Assembly: GCA_041242255.1 (NCBI GenBank) | Contig: JBESAV010000001.1 | Span: 384,001-448,000 of the forward strand | Direction: 5' to 3' | Source: Candidatus Altimarinota bacterium | GTDB lineage: Bacteria > Patescibacteriota > Gracilibacteria > UBA1369 > GCA-2718715 | Length of the DNA stretch: 64,000 nt | Shown: piece after piece, positions 50,326 to 60,101 of the stretch | Layout: every line of letters starts with the position of its first letter | Position numbering within the stretch: the stretch's first letter is position 1 | Notes under the pieces: generated by a model | Databases searched by the model: none | What the model saw: the letters and a program-made list of their open reading frames with translations, nothing else | Told to the model about the DNA's origin: nothing | Made by a program: the position numbers and the translations under genes

Positions 50326-51006
50326 TTGATAATTTTTGACAAGGTTTCAAAGAACTACGACAGCAGCCTAAACGTAATCGACAACCTTAACTTAAAGATT
50401 AAATCAGGAGAATTCGTTTCTATAATCGGCCAATCCGGAGCAGGGAAGTCAACTATATTTCATATGTTGATAGGTGCAGACAAACCAACCAACGGCCGCA
50501 TCACTGTAGATGAAATTGATATCTCCAGACTCAACTCAAAAAAACTACAACTCTACCGCCGCAAAGTCGGAATGGTTTGGCAAAACTTCAAGCTACTCCC
50601 AAAGAAAACAGTTTTTGAAAACATATTCTTTGCCTTAGAGGCAGTCGGAGATACAAATCCTTCTTCAGTTCAAAAAGTTCTAGAAATCATTGATCAAGTT
50701 GGACTACAAGGTAAACAAGATTATTTCCCAGCCCAACTTTCAGGAGGAGAAAAGCAAAGATGCGCAATAGCCAGAGCTCTAGTCCATGACCCAAAGCTTA
50801 TCATTGCCGATGAACCTACCGGAAATCTAGACCCCAAAACCTCTCAAGAGATCCTCAACCTTTTAAAGCAGATCAACGATAAAGGTGTAACAATCATTCT
50901 TTCTAGCCACGACACTCATCTAGTTGACCAGCTTCAAAAGAGAGTTCTTCATCTAGAAGGAGGAAAGATAGTCCGAGACGAACAAAATGCATCGTATCAT
51001 CAATAG
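50326..51006 (+). CDS. ftsE: FtsE-like ABC ATPase
   Basis: [44 protein letters not shown]; TTG start. Confidence 0.8.
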   Translation: MIIFDKVSKNYDSSLNVIDNLNLKIKSGEFVSIIGQSGAGKSTIFHMLIGADKPTNGRITVDEIDISRLNSKKLQLYRRKVGMVWQNFKLLPKKTVFENIFFALEAVGDTNPSSVQKVLEIIDQVGLQGKQDYFPAQLSGGEKQRCAIARALVHDPKLIIADEPTGNLDPKTSQEILNLLKQINDKGVTIILSSHDTHLVDQLQKRVLHLEGGKIVRDEQNASYHQ

Positions 51007-51057
51007 TTTTATTTTTATTAAACTTAACTGTTCATACTAATCCATATAACTTATCAT

Positions 51058-51801
51058 ATGGATTTTTTACAAATACCTAAAGATTCCTTTCCAAGAGTTT
51101 TCCCAACTCTTTCACATGAAGAGTATCCTCAGGTTCTAGAATACGAAGGTAATTCAGAACCATTATTTTCTAAGAATCCCCGTATAGCAATCGTAGGCAC
51201 AAGAAACATCACGCCATACGGCCTCAAAATTCTCCAGACAATTATTCCTGATCTAGCGACCAAGGGTTTTACTATAGTAAGTGGAGGAGCTTTTGGTGTA
51301 GATATCGAGTCACAAAAAATAGCTTCTCACTTCACTTCAAAACTTATAACAGTCCTTGGCTCTGGCCTTCACCATAAAGCTCCCAAAACTAACAAAAAAC
51401 ACTTTCTCAATTTTATCAATAATGGAGGCTGTCTTCTTAGTCCATTCGGATCTGATATTCATCCTACTCGATTTACGTTTGTTCAAAGAAATCAGATCAT
51501 AGCCTCCCTTTCAGATTTAGTTATCGTCATAGAAGCAGGTCCCAAAAGTGGAAGCATCCATACAGCCAATTACGCCTCAGAGCAGGGGATACCAGTAGCC
51601 TGTTTCCCTGGTTCAATTCATTCTGAGCTATCTCAAGGCACCAACCACCTTATCCAGAACGGTGCTCATCTCGTCACTTCTACTGAAGAGATACTTACTC
51701 TAATCCCAAATCATAAGCTTCAAAACCTCAAATCAACTATCAACAAAAAAACTATCCCTAGATCCAACCTATACGATGATCTTTATCAAATGATTAGTTA
51801 A
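51058..51801 (+). CDS. dprA: DNA-processing protein DprA (Rossmann core only)
   Basis: IAIVGTR, IVSGGAFGVD, FVQRNQIIA, VIEAGPKSGS, GTNHLIQNGA. Confidence 0.88.
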   Translation: MDFLQIPKDSFPRVFPTLSHEEYPQVLEYEGNSEPLFSKNPRIAIVGTRNITPYGLKILQTIIPDLATKGFTIVSGGAFGVDIESQKIASHFTSKLITVLGSGLHHKAPKTNKKHFLNFINNGGCLLSPFGSDIHPTRFTFVQRNQIIASLSDLVIVIEAGPKSGSIHTANYASEQGIPVACFPGSIHSELSQGTNHLIQNGAHLVTSTEEILTLIPNHKLQNLKSTINKKTIPRSNLYDDLYQMIS

Positions 51802-53464
51802 TAACCCTTTGAACTTCCATTATTGTGGTCTCCTTATCAATAACTTTCAAAATCCCATCCTGTTTGAGGTTCAGGTAACCTTTCTTTTCAACCTCTTCTT
51901 GTAGTTTTACAATTGATTCTCCATCCAAAATCATAGTCTTCAGGTCCTCATCAACTTTGATCACTTCAGCAATAACCATTCTACTTTTATAACCTGTATG
52001 ATTACAAATTGCACAACCTATCGGAAAAGGTAAAGTTTCTGGGACAGATTTTTCAATTCCTGAAATTCGTTTAATTTCAGCAAGTTCTTTTTCTAAGTAA
52101 GCTCGTGTTTTTTCACTTACTGGCTCTTCTTTTCTACAACTCGGACAAACAGTTCTTACTAGCCTCTGAGCAACCAATATATCCAATGCCGGTCCAATCA
52201 TAAAGTTATCCACTTCCATATTTTGAAGTCTTGGAATCGCCTCTATTGCACTATTCGTATGTAAGGTTGTAAGGACTACGTGCCCGGTCAATGCAGCTTG
52301 CAAAGCAGTTTTACCAACTTCTTTATTTCTAATCTCACCAACCATCACTACATCCGGATCCTGTCTTAGTACTGATTCCAAAGCATTATCAAAACCATAA
52401 CCTTTTTCATCCTCAATCTGACTCTGCACAATCCTCTGCAAATGATACTCAATCGGATCTTCCAGAGTGATGATTTTTTTATCCGGCGTATTAAACTCAG
52501 TTAGCATAGAGTAAAGCGTTGTCGTTTTACCAGATCCAGTCGGCCCTGTGATTAGTATCATTCCATGCTTCATTTTGGTTGTCTCATTCAGAATATCCAT
52601 ATGCCGCTCAGCAAATCCCAATTCACTAAAAGAGGCAAATTTCTTCCCAGAATCTAAAATCCTTATCACAATATTCGCCCCAAACTCGGACGGAATAACT
52701 GAAACCCTCAAATCAATCTTCCTATCATTCAACATAAAACTATATCTCCCATCTTGAGGAATATCATCAACATTTATCTTCATTCCACTGTCGTATTTGA
52801 TCTGCTGGGAAATCTGATCATAAATCTCTCGGGTAACCACAGAAACCCTCTGTAAGATACCGTCCACTCTAAATCTTATTAAAGCATCCTTCTCTTGAGG
52901 CTGAAAATGAATATCCGAAGCCCCAACCCTTACAGCTCCAACTAAAATCTTTTGTAAACCTTCCTTCACTGAGGAAAGCTCAATATCCTTTGCAATCTCG
53001 GAAATAGTAACCAATTCTTCAGCCACCTCTCTAACTTCTTCACTTACCTTAGCTTGCTCTTCTACTTTCATATCATCTTGATACTCTTGTATCTTCCCAA
53101 GCATATAGTCCAAACTATCCTTCGAAGTAATACTTAAAACTACTTCAAACTTTTTCTCAATCATCTCATCAATAATCTTCCTCGTTTCGTCAGAATATGG
53201 ATCAATCACAGCAAGATTAATCTTCCTTCCAACTCTAAAGTAGGGAGCAACCTGATATCTCTTTAGTTTTTCTATTTCCATCAAACCAAAAATATCTGAA
53301 TTCAAAGGAAACTTTCTCAAGTCTACATAGTCAAATTGACCACCTGAACTCTCAGCCTTCTTCTTCAAAGATTCTTCAAACATCTCAGCTTGAATCTCTG
53401 AGTTTATCTCAGTGGGGGACAAGTCAGCCTTCTTTTTACTCAATTCAACTTTAATATCCTTCAT
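51794..53464 (-). CDS. pilB: Type IV pilus / T2SS assembly ATPase (PilB/GspE)
   Basis: ASDIHFQP, RFRVDG, PQDGR, GPTGSGKTT, LEDPIEY, LRQDPD, TGH, CxxC...CxxC. Confidence 0.92.
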   Translation of the reverse strand: MKDIKVELSKKKADLSPTEINSEIQAEMFEESLKKKAESSGGQFDYVDLRKFPLNSDIFGLMEIEKLKRYQVAPYFRVGRKINLAVIDPYSDETRKIIDEMIEKKFEVVLSITSKDSLDYMLGKIQEYQDDMKVEEQAKVSEEVREVAEELVTISEIAKDIELSSVKEGLQKILVGAVRVGASDIHFQPQEKDALIRFRVDGILQRVSVVTREIYDQISQQIKYDSGMKINVDDIPQDGRYSFMLNDRKIDLRVSVIPSEFGANIVIRILDSGKKFASFSELGFAERHMDILNETTKMKHGMILITGPTGSGKTTTLYSMLTEFNTPDKKIITLEDPIEYHLQRIVQSQIEDEKGYGFDNALESVLRQDPDVVMVGEIRNKEVGKTALQAALTGHVVLTTLHTNSAIEAIPRLQNMEVDNFMIGPALDILVAQRLVRTVCPSCRKEEPVSEKTRAYLEKELAEIKRISGIEKSVPETLPFPIGCAICNHTGYKSRMVIAEVIKVDEDLKTMILDGESIVKLQEEVEKKGYLNLKQDGILKVIDKETTIMEVQRVIN

Positions 53465-54018
53465 TAATTTGGTTTATCATCCATAAATTCCATAATCTTT
53501 TTCATTCCTTCCCAGTTCATATCAGTTCCTTTCAAAAGTTTTACAAATTCAATTGCTTCAATTGCTTTCTCAAGCTGTTTGATAAGTTTCCCCAAAATAA
53601 CTCTCATTTCTTCTGCAATCTCTTTCCCTTCTTTCGACTCAATTCCAACAGTTTTTAATTTATCTGCTGCCGCTTCAAATTCAGCAATCAAAGCCACCAC
53701 TTCTGCAGCTGCTCTAGTGATATATTCTCCAGCAGTTGAGTCTTTCAACCAAATAGCAGCATCTTTCAAAACATGAAGCACTTCCAATACATGGTCAAGT
53801 TCCTCCATTACATCTAGATCTACGTCCAAAAACTCAGTCAGCTCTCTCAAAACTCCCTCCACAAACATCGCCTTTTCAGCCAAATCAATACTTTCATTCA
53901 AAGAATTTTCTATGTTATCAGGAATATAATCACCATACTCTTGAACATTAGCTTTCAACTTCGCTAGTTTATCCTTCAAACTCACCTCACCATTTCTTTT
54001 TTCAATAGAACCTTCCAT
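53464..54018 (-). CDS. Hypothetical alpha-helical protein
   Basis: 184 aa of amphipathic helices; TAATG overlap with pilB. Confidence 0.65.
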   Translation of the reverse strand: MEGSIEKRNGEVSLKDKLAKLKANVQEYGDYIPDNIENSLNESIDLAEKAMFVEGVLRELTEFLDVDLDVMEELDHVLEVLHVLKDAAIWLKDSTAGEYITRAAAEVVALIAEFEAAADKLKTVGIESKEGKEIAEEMRVILGKLIKQLEKAIEAIEFVKLLKGTDMNWEGMKKIMEFMDDKPN

Positions 54019-54027
54019 ATGTTTTTG

Positions 54028-55653
54028 TTATCTAATAATTATATCACAATCATCAAAAATTGCCAGGTACTTCCCATCCTTATTCAAATACTTCCGCCCT
54101 TTTCTCTCAGTAGCAACTAATGCATCTTTCCCATGATAACCTCTTGGGTATGTCACACTAAAAGGCACTTCAAGCTCATCATCTCCAAATATATCTCCCA
54201 AACCAACATGTGTTTGAAGTTTAGTGACAATCCCTGTCATCAAATTCCTAAAACTAACTCTCCACCCAAAAGGCGTTTCTTCTAGTATTAATTTCCTTAC
54301 CAATTCTCTATTTTCATAGCTAAATTTTCTTATTTCTTCCTTCTCACCTTGTAGAACTTTCAAAAATTCTCCTTTAAATTCATCCAAGTTATTCTGTGCT
54401 TTCTCTTCTTTAAATTCAGGAATTCCATACAACCCCCAAAAATATTCTTGCATTATCTCATCCATCTTCTGATCATCCACTGAAGGAGCTACCTCTTCCA
54501 CTTCATTTTCATATCTATCATCCCACAATTTAGTCCCAACTCCTATTTGCTCATTATCCTCTTCTCTTTGAATCCACATTGAAATCCATTTTTTAAAATG
54601 CTCACTTTTTTGCAAAATACTCAAGTCATTCTGAGCCACAAAGTCCAGTAGTACACTCACAGCTTCTGATTGGTCTCCAGGTGGTAGAACAATTATATAC
54701 CTTATCATTGCCTCTAACCCTCCTCTAAGGTTCACAATCCCCAACTCAGGTAATTTTTTATGCAACATTCTCAATAATTTTTCATGAATCTCAGGATTAG
54801 TTAAAAAATCATACCCATCACTCAAAGAAGCAATGTATTTCATCTCAAGTCGTTTCCCAGCAATCCCAGCCATTCCAGCAAATTTCACAAATTTACCCAT
54901 TTTATTTAATCCACTTAGGCTCCCAGTCAAAACAGAAATCATTATAAAAGCTGTAACTTTCCCAGCCAAAAAAGAAGCATAAGCTCCATCTGACTCATAG
55001 ATCTTCTTCCACATATCTTCAGACACAACACCTGCAACCTCTTGAAGCATTGGCCATAACTCACTCCAATCTTGTTGAAACAGTATTTCAAAACTATCTT
55101 CCAGCATCTGTGATGCTCTTTCAGGATCCTCTTTAAAAATCTCAAAATAAGTATGTACCTGCTTTCCTTCATTCATCATAGTCAGAGCAAACCCTCTCAC
55201 AAAGTCCGAATGCAACTCATCTGCACTTTGCTCCAAATCAACCACAAATCTCAATGGTGAATCTTCAAACAGTTTTCTGAGCTTTTCCCCAAGCAGTCCA
55301 TCTGAACTTTTTAATTCATCCAAGAACTCAATTACAATTTGTTCATTTCTAAGTTTTTCCAATTCCAAGTCAATCAACGGCATCTCATACATCAACTCTT
55401 GAGGCGGCTCCAACATAAGATCACTATATAGCTCTCTCATATTTTCAAGCATCTCAATTCTTTTCTCTATATGACTCCGAGAAGGATCACTCTCTATAAA
55501 TAGCTTATAGCTTTCTACTCTAGTTTCTAAGTTAGCAATAATCTTTCTTTGTTTCTCTAAAAATTCTTGCTTATTTTCAATCCAGTCTAAATTTTTTATT
55601 TGTTCACTCTTCAAAACAGTTTTTCCAAGCCCAGTAGGGAAGCCAGTATTCAT
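54028..55653 (-). CDS. Hypothetical protein with central hydrophobic Gly/Ala-rich segment
   Basis: 541 aa; own extended -10 (TGGTATAAT, 55676-55684); no family recognised. Confidence 0.7.
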   Translation of the reverse strand: MNTGFPTGLGKTVLKSEQIKNLDWIENKQEFLEKQRKIIANLETRVESYKLFIESDPSRSHIEKRIEMLENMRELYSDLMLEPPQELMYEMPLIDLELEKLRNEQIVIEFLDELKSSDGLLGEKLRKLFEDSPLRFVVDLEQSADELHSDFVRGFALTMMNEGKQVHTYFEIFKEDPERASQMLEDSFEILFQQDWSELWPMLQEVAGVVSEDMWKKIYESDGAYASFLAGKVTAFIMISVLTGSLSGLNKMGKFVKFAGMAGIAGKRLEMKYIASLSDGYDFLTNPEIHEKLLRMLHKKLPELGIVNLRGGLEAMIRYIIVLPPGDQSEAVSVLLDFVAQNDLSILQKSEHFKKWISMWIQREEDNEQIGVGTKLWDDRYENEVEEVAPSVDDQKMDEIMQEYFWGLYGIPEFKEEKAQNNLDEFKGEFLKVLQGEKEEIRKFSYENRELVRKLILEETPFGWRVSFRNLMTGIVTKLQTHVGLGDIFGDDELEVPFSVTYPRGYHGKDALVATERKGRKYLNKDGKYLAIFDDCDIIIR

Positions 55654-55683
55654 ACAAATTATTAAATCTAGTTTAATTATACC

Positions 55684-55717
55684 AAAAAAGTCTACAATCC
55701 TTCGATCATAGACTTTT
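55684..55717 (-). terminator. Terminator after nusA
   Basis: AGTCTATGATC-GAAG-GATTGTAGACT followed by T run. Confidence 0.7.
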
Positions 55718-55734
55718 CAAAATATGTGTAAGTA

Positions 55735-57030
55735 TTAAGCTTCTTTAACTGCTTCAAATACTTCCTTAGCACCTTCTTCACCAAGACCTTCAATATATTG
55801 TAGGTCATCTACAGATAGACCTTTAAGTTGTGAAACCATAGTAAGTCCAGCATTTTCAAGTGCTTCTACGTACTCTTTCTTCACATCCATTGAAGACATC
55901 ATAATCTCCTCAACATTTGCTTTCTCTTCAGTTTCACTACTACCTTCAGATTTTTCAACTTTCATAGTCGGAGCAAGTCTTTTCTTGTCTTCATCAGAAA
56001 GCTCTGAGATATCCATAATATCAATTTCCAATTCGGTAAGCTTAGAAGCAAGTCTAACATTTTGCCCTTTTCTACCAATAGCCATAGCTCTTTCAGATTC
56101 TTCCACGTATACCTTCACACTGTTATTCTCTTCATCAAGATCAATATAACTAATCTTAGCTGGCTCCAAAGATCTTCTTAAGAAGTCCAACCTATTTTCA
56201 GTATAAGGGATTACATCAATACGCTCTCCGTTTAGTTCATCCATGATCGCTTGAACTCTCACACCTTTTTGCCCAACACATGCTCCAACCGGATCTACTT
56301 TTTCATCGTTTGAAGTAACAGCAATCTTACATCTCATACCTGGATCACGAGCAATTTTCTTAACTTCTACAACACCTTGAGAGATCTCTGGAATCTCAAG
56401 TTCAAGAAGCTTTCTAACCAACTCAGGATGAGTCCTAGAGATTACCAATCTAGGTCCCTTAGTAGTTTTCATAACCTTATCTAGGTACAGTTTCAACCTT
56501 TGACCAGCATAGTATCTTTCACCTGGAATTTTATGCTCCCTCGGGAGTTCAAGAATGATTTTACCCATATCAATGTAAACTCTATCACCTTGAACTCTAT
56601 GAACTTGAGTATTTAAAAGTTCATTTTCTCTATCTTTGAAAGTTTCATACATAAGATTTCTTTCAGCCTCTTGAAGTTTCTGCATGATTACCTGCTTAGC
56701 AGACTGAGCCGCAATTCTTCCATATTCCATTGGAGTCACATCAATCTTAACTTTATCTCCAACTTTAGCTTTTTTATTGTATTTCTTAGCATCTTTTTCA
56801 GATATTTCTAAGTCTTCATCTTCAACTTTCTCCACAACTTCTTTCTCTAAGAAAATATTTGCAGATTCTCCAGTTTCAGATAGCTCTACAATAATCTCTT
56901 GATCTTTAGTCCCATAGTCTTTTCTATAGGCAGTTTTGAAAGCAGCTTCAATAACTTCCATTACTGTTTCTTTCGGCAGATTTTTCTCTGCTACTAGCTG
57001 GTTAACTGCAGCTATAAATTGAGTTTGCAT
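55735..57030 (-). CDS. nusA: Transcription factor NusA
   Basis: YGRIAAQSAKQ, SRTHP, ARDPG.RCKIAV, GACVG..GVR, AIGRKGQNVRLA. Confidence 0.97.
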   Translation of the reverse strand: MQTQFIAAVNQLVAEKNLPKETVMEVIEAAFKTAYRKDYGTKDQEIIVELSETGESANIFLEKEVVEKVEDEDLEISEKDAKKYNKKAKVGDKVKIDVTPMEYGRIAAQSAKQVIMQKLQEAERNLMYETFKDRENELLNTQVHRVQGDRVYIDMGKIILELPREHKIPGERYYAGQRLKLYLDKVMKTTKGPRLVISRTHPELVRKLLELEIPEISQGVVEVKKIARDPGMRCKIAVTSNDEKVDPVGACVGQKGVRVQAIMDELNGERIDVIPYTENRLDFLRRSLEPAKISYIDLDEENNSVKVYVEESERAMAIGRKGQNVRLASKLTELEIDIMDISELSDEDKKRLAPTMKVEKSEGSSETEEKANVEEIMMSSMDVKKEYVEALENAGLTMVSQLKGLSVDDLQYIEGLGEEGAKEVFEAVKEA

Positions 57031-57055
57031 TTTTAATCATTAAATTTTTCCAAAT

Positions 57056-57083
57056 AAAAAAGTTATTTCTGGCGAAATAACTC
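57056..57083 (-). terminator. Terminator after recA-recX
   Basis: AGTTATTTC-gcca-GAAATAACT followed by T run. Confidence 0.65.
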
Positions 57084-57113
57084 TCAACAAGAAATAATAT
57101 TTCTATATATATA

Positions 57114-57635
57114 CTAACCAATCTCCTCGGCTTTGGCAACCACTCTTTCCATTTCTATAAAGGGTAAACCCCGGTATGCAAGAAACCTATTTATCTTAGC
57201 TCTAAGTTTTTGTTTGTCATCATATTCCATTTCTTCCCACTTCCTTAAATCTCTACTATATTTTTTAGAAACTTCTTCTTCTGCAATTTCTTGAAAATCA
57301 GTTTCTTCCATTTTTTCATCATATGTCTCAGAAATACCTTTCATCTTTAGTTCACGACGTATTCGTCTTGGCCCAATCCCTTTTCTAATCTTTGATCTAA
57401 CAAAGACCTCTTTAAATCTCTCATCAGATTGCCAACCCTTCTCTTCTAAATAATCCAGCACAGTTCCAATAAGCTCACTAAATTCACTTCCATATTTTCT
57501 AAGTAGTTTCCTTTCAAGCTCTTTCTTTGCGTAATCTCTCCTCCCCAAATAAAAGCAGGCCTTTTTAAATATGACCTGCTTTTTTTCTTTCTCATCAAGA
57601 CCATTAAACCAATTCTGAAATCTTTGTTTCTTCAT
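57114..57635 (-). CDS. recX: RecX regulator
   Basis: YLGRRDYAKKELERKL, GWQSDERF, GPRRIRRELKMKGI, FLAYRG; directly downstream of recA. Confidence 0.9.
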   Translation of the reverse strand: MKKQRFQNWFNGLDEKEKKQVIFKKACFYLGRRDYAKKELERKLLRKYGSEFSELIGTVLDYLEEKGWQSDERFKEVFVRSKIRKGIGPRRIRRELKMKGISETYDEKMEETDFQEIAEEEVSKKYSRDLRKWEEMEYDDKQKLRAKINRFLAYRGLPFIEMERVVAKAEEIG

Positions 57636-57638
57636 TGA

Positions 57639-58712
57639 TTATGCTTCTTGAGAGTCCTTAATAATCTGCACCACTTCTTTTTCAATCTTAGACATTACAT
57701 CCGGATTCTCTTTCAGGTAAATCTTACTATTTTCACGTCCTTGTCCAATAGTTTCATCATTGTATGAGTAGTAAGCCCCTTTCTTACGAGTTACTGCATA
57801 TTTTTCAGATAGATCGAGTAGTTCACCTTCTCGAGATATACCTTTGTTAAACATGATGTCAAACTCAGCAATTCTAAACGGTGGAGCAACTTTATTCTTC
57901 ACAACTTTTACTTTAGTTTGATTACCAATCAGAACCTTACCTTCTGGACTATTTCCTTCAATTTTAGACTTTCTTCTAATCTCCATTCTTACAGAAGAGT
58001 AAAACTTCAAGGCATTACCACCAGTTGTAGTTTCAGGATTACCAAACATAACTCCAATTTTCATTCTAATCTGATTAATGAAGATAATAGTACATTTTGA
58101 TTTATTAACAGCTCCAGTCAGCTTTCTTAAGGCCTGACTCATAAGCCTTGCTTGTAGTCCCATATGACTATCTCCCATCTCTCCTTCAATCTCAGCTTTT
58201 GGAGTAAGTGCCGCAACAGAATCCACTACAATCAGATCCACCGCATTTGAACGAACAAGTGTTTCTACAATCTCAAGTGCCTGTTCACCACTATCAGGTT
58301 GAGCTACAAGTAGATTGTCAGTATCAACTCCGATTTTCTTGGCATATTGTGGGTCTAAAGCATGCTCTGCATCTACAAAGGCAGCCATACCACCTTGCTT
58401 TTGTGTTTCAGCAATCGCATGTAAAGTTACAGTAGTCTTACCTGAACTTTCAGGACCATATATTTCTATGATTCTACCTTTTGGTATACCTCCACCAAGG
58501 GCAATATCTAGTGAGATAGAACCAGTTGGAATAGTCTCTACATTAATATTCTTAGATTCACCAAGTTTCATAATGGCTCCTTTTCCATAATTTTTCTCAA
58601 TTTGAGCCATAGCCATATCCACAGCTTTTTTCTTATTAGGATCCATTTCTGGAGCTTTTGGCTTGGTAGCCTCTTCTTTCTTTTTAGTGTTTTTTGCTTT
58701 ATCTTCAGCCAT
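57639..58712 (-). CDS. recA: Recombinase RecA
   Basis: [40 protein letters not shown]. Confidence 0.99.
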   Translation of the reverse strand: MAEDKAKNTKKKEEATKPKAPEMDPNKKKAVDMAMAQIEKNYGKGAIMKLGESKNINVETIPTGSISLDIALGGGIPKGRIIEIYGPESSGKTTVTLHAIAETQKQGGMAAFVDAEHALDPQYAKKIGVDTDNLLVAQPDSGEQALEIVETLVRSNAVDLIVVDSVAALTPKAEIEGEMGDSHMGLQARLMSQALRKLTGAVNKSKCTIIFINQIRMKIGVMFGNPETTTGGNALKFYSSVRMEIRRKSKIEGNSPEGKVLIGNQTKVKVVKNKVAPPFRIAEFDIMFNKGISREGELLDLSEKYAVTRKKGAYYSYNDETIGQGRENSKIYLKENPDVMSKIEKEVVQIIKDSQEA

Positions 58713-58742
58713 TTGTGTAGATTAAAATTATTTTACGAAACA

Positions 58743-58771
58743 ATTGTAGGTGAGAAGGTTCTCACCGTCAA
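58743..58771 (-). promoter_or_regulatory. recA promoter with palindromic operator in the spacer
   Basis: TTGACG-N17-TACAAT; GGTGAGAA-cc-TTCTCACC at 58749-58766. Confidence 0.75.
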
Positions 58772-58991
58772 CATTTCTAAAATAATCATATAAAAACACA
58801 CTTTCAGAATCTTTAAATATTCATAGATCAATCAATAAGCCAAAAAACTCAAGCTACGAATTCGATATATACAAAAATTTAAAATAAAAACACAAACTTA
58901 CGTCAAATCAAAAAGTCTCCACAGAAGACATACATTTTGTACTAGGTGATCTCAAAGTTATAATCCACATAGTTTATAAACACTGTCAAAT

Positions 58992-60101
58992 TTGCCAAAG
59001 CAACTAATTAAAATTGCTACAGATATTCGTGAAGCCATAGCTCCAAACAAAGCTGGAAAAGGGGAGTACAACTTTCACATAGTCCAAAATCTTATCCAAC
59101 TTAGTAAAAAGAACCCAAAAACCGAACTAATTCTGTTCAACGATAACCGATTCACTCCACCAAAAGAATGGCAAAAATATACTATAAATATCCCACACCA
59201 AGGATTGAAATGGCACAAGGAAGTTGCTAAGTCATGTCATAAGCAAGGTATAAGTAATTACTTTTCTCCAACAAGTTACATCACCCCTCATTACATACAT
59301 AGGTTTAGCTCAGATACCAAAACTCTAACCACAGTCCACGACCTTATCGTTTTTTTACATCCTCAAAGCCACCCTTTAAAACCTAGGTTAATAGAAAACT
59401 ATTATCTCAAAAAACTAACAAAGCTCACTAACAACACTTTCACTACTGTCTCAGACAGTACCAAAAAAGATCTCCAAAAAATATTTCCTAGGCTAGCAAG
59501 TGACCAAATAAAAGTAATCAAAAATGGACTAAAAGATTTTCCAAAACCATCAACAAAAACAAGTAAGAAAGCTAAGCCCTTTATCCTTTCCGTTTCTACT
59601 ATTTTACCAAGAAAGAACTATATAACTCTTCTTAAAGCTTTTAATATAATCAAATCCCTAATACCTCACGAAATACATATCATAGGTAAATACGACAAAA
59701 AAAATCTTGCTCCACTGTTAAAATACATAAAAGACCATCAGCTAGAAAAAAGAGTGAAAATTCTGGGTTACGTCTCTTCCAAAAAATTATCTTCTGAGTA
59801 CGCTAATGCAGACATGTTAGTGATTCCATCCACCTACGAAGGTTTTGGACTACCAGTTATAGAAGGACTAAAGAGGGGATTGCCAGTAATTTGTTCAGAT
59901 ATACCAGTTTTCCATGAAGTAGCTGACCCTGCTGCTCTTTTCTTTAAACCTTTAAATCCAGTCGACCTAGCTAACCAAATCATTTTCCTCCATAAAAATC
60001 AGGAGCAAAAGCAAATCCTTTCCAAAGAAGGTCCAAAATTAGTAAAAAAGTACAACTGGAAAAAATCATCTCAAAAAATTTGGAAGATACTTCTCAAGTA
60101 A
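58992..60101 (+). CDS. Glycosyltransferase family 4
   Basis: TVHDL, PRKN, PSTYEGFGLPVIEG, SDIPVFHEV. Confidence 0.9.
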   Translation: MPKQLIKIATDIREAIAPNKAGKGEYNFHIVQNLIQLSKKNPKTELILFNDNRFTPPKEWQKYTINIPHQGLKWHKEVAKSCHKQGISNYFSPTSYITPHYIHRFSSDTKTLTTVHDLIVFLHPQSHPLKPRLIENYYLKKLTKLTNNTFTTVSDSTKKDLQKIFPRLASDQIKVIKNGLKDFPKPSTKTSKKAKPFILSVSTILPRKNYITLLKAFNIIKSLIPHEIHIIGKYDKKNLAPLLKYIKDHQLEKRVKILGYVSSKKLSSEYANADMLVIPSTYEGFGLPVIEGLKRGLPVICSDIPVFHEVADPAALFFKPLNPVDLANQIIFLHKNQEQKQILSKEGPKLVKKYNWKKSSQKIWKILLK

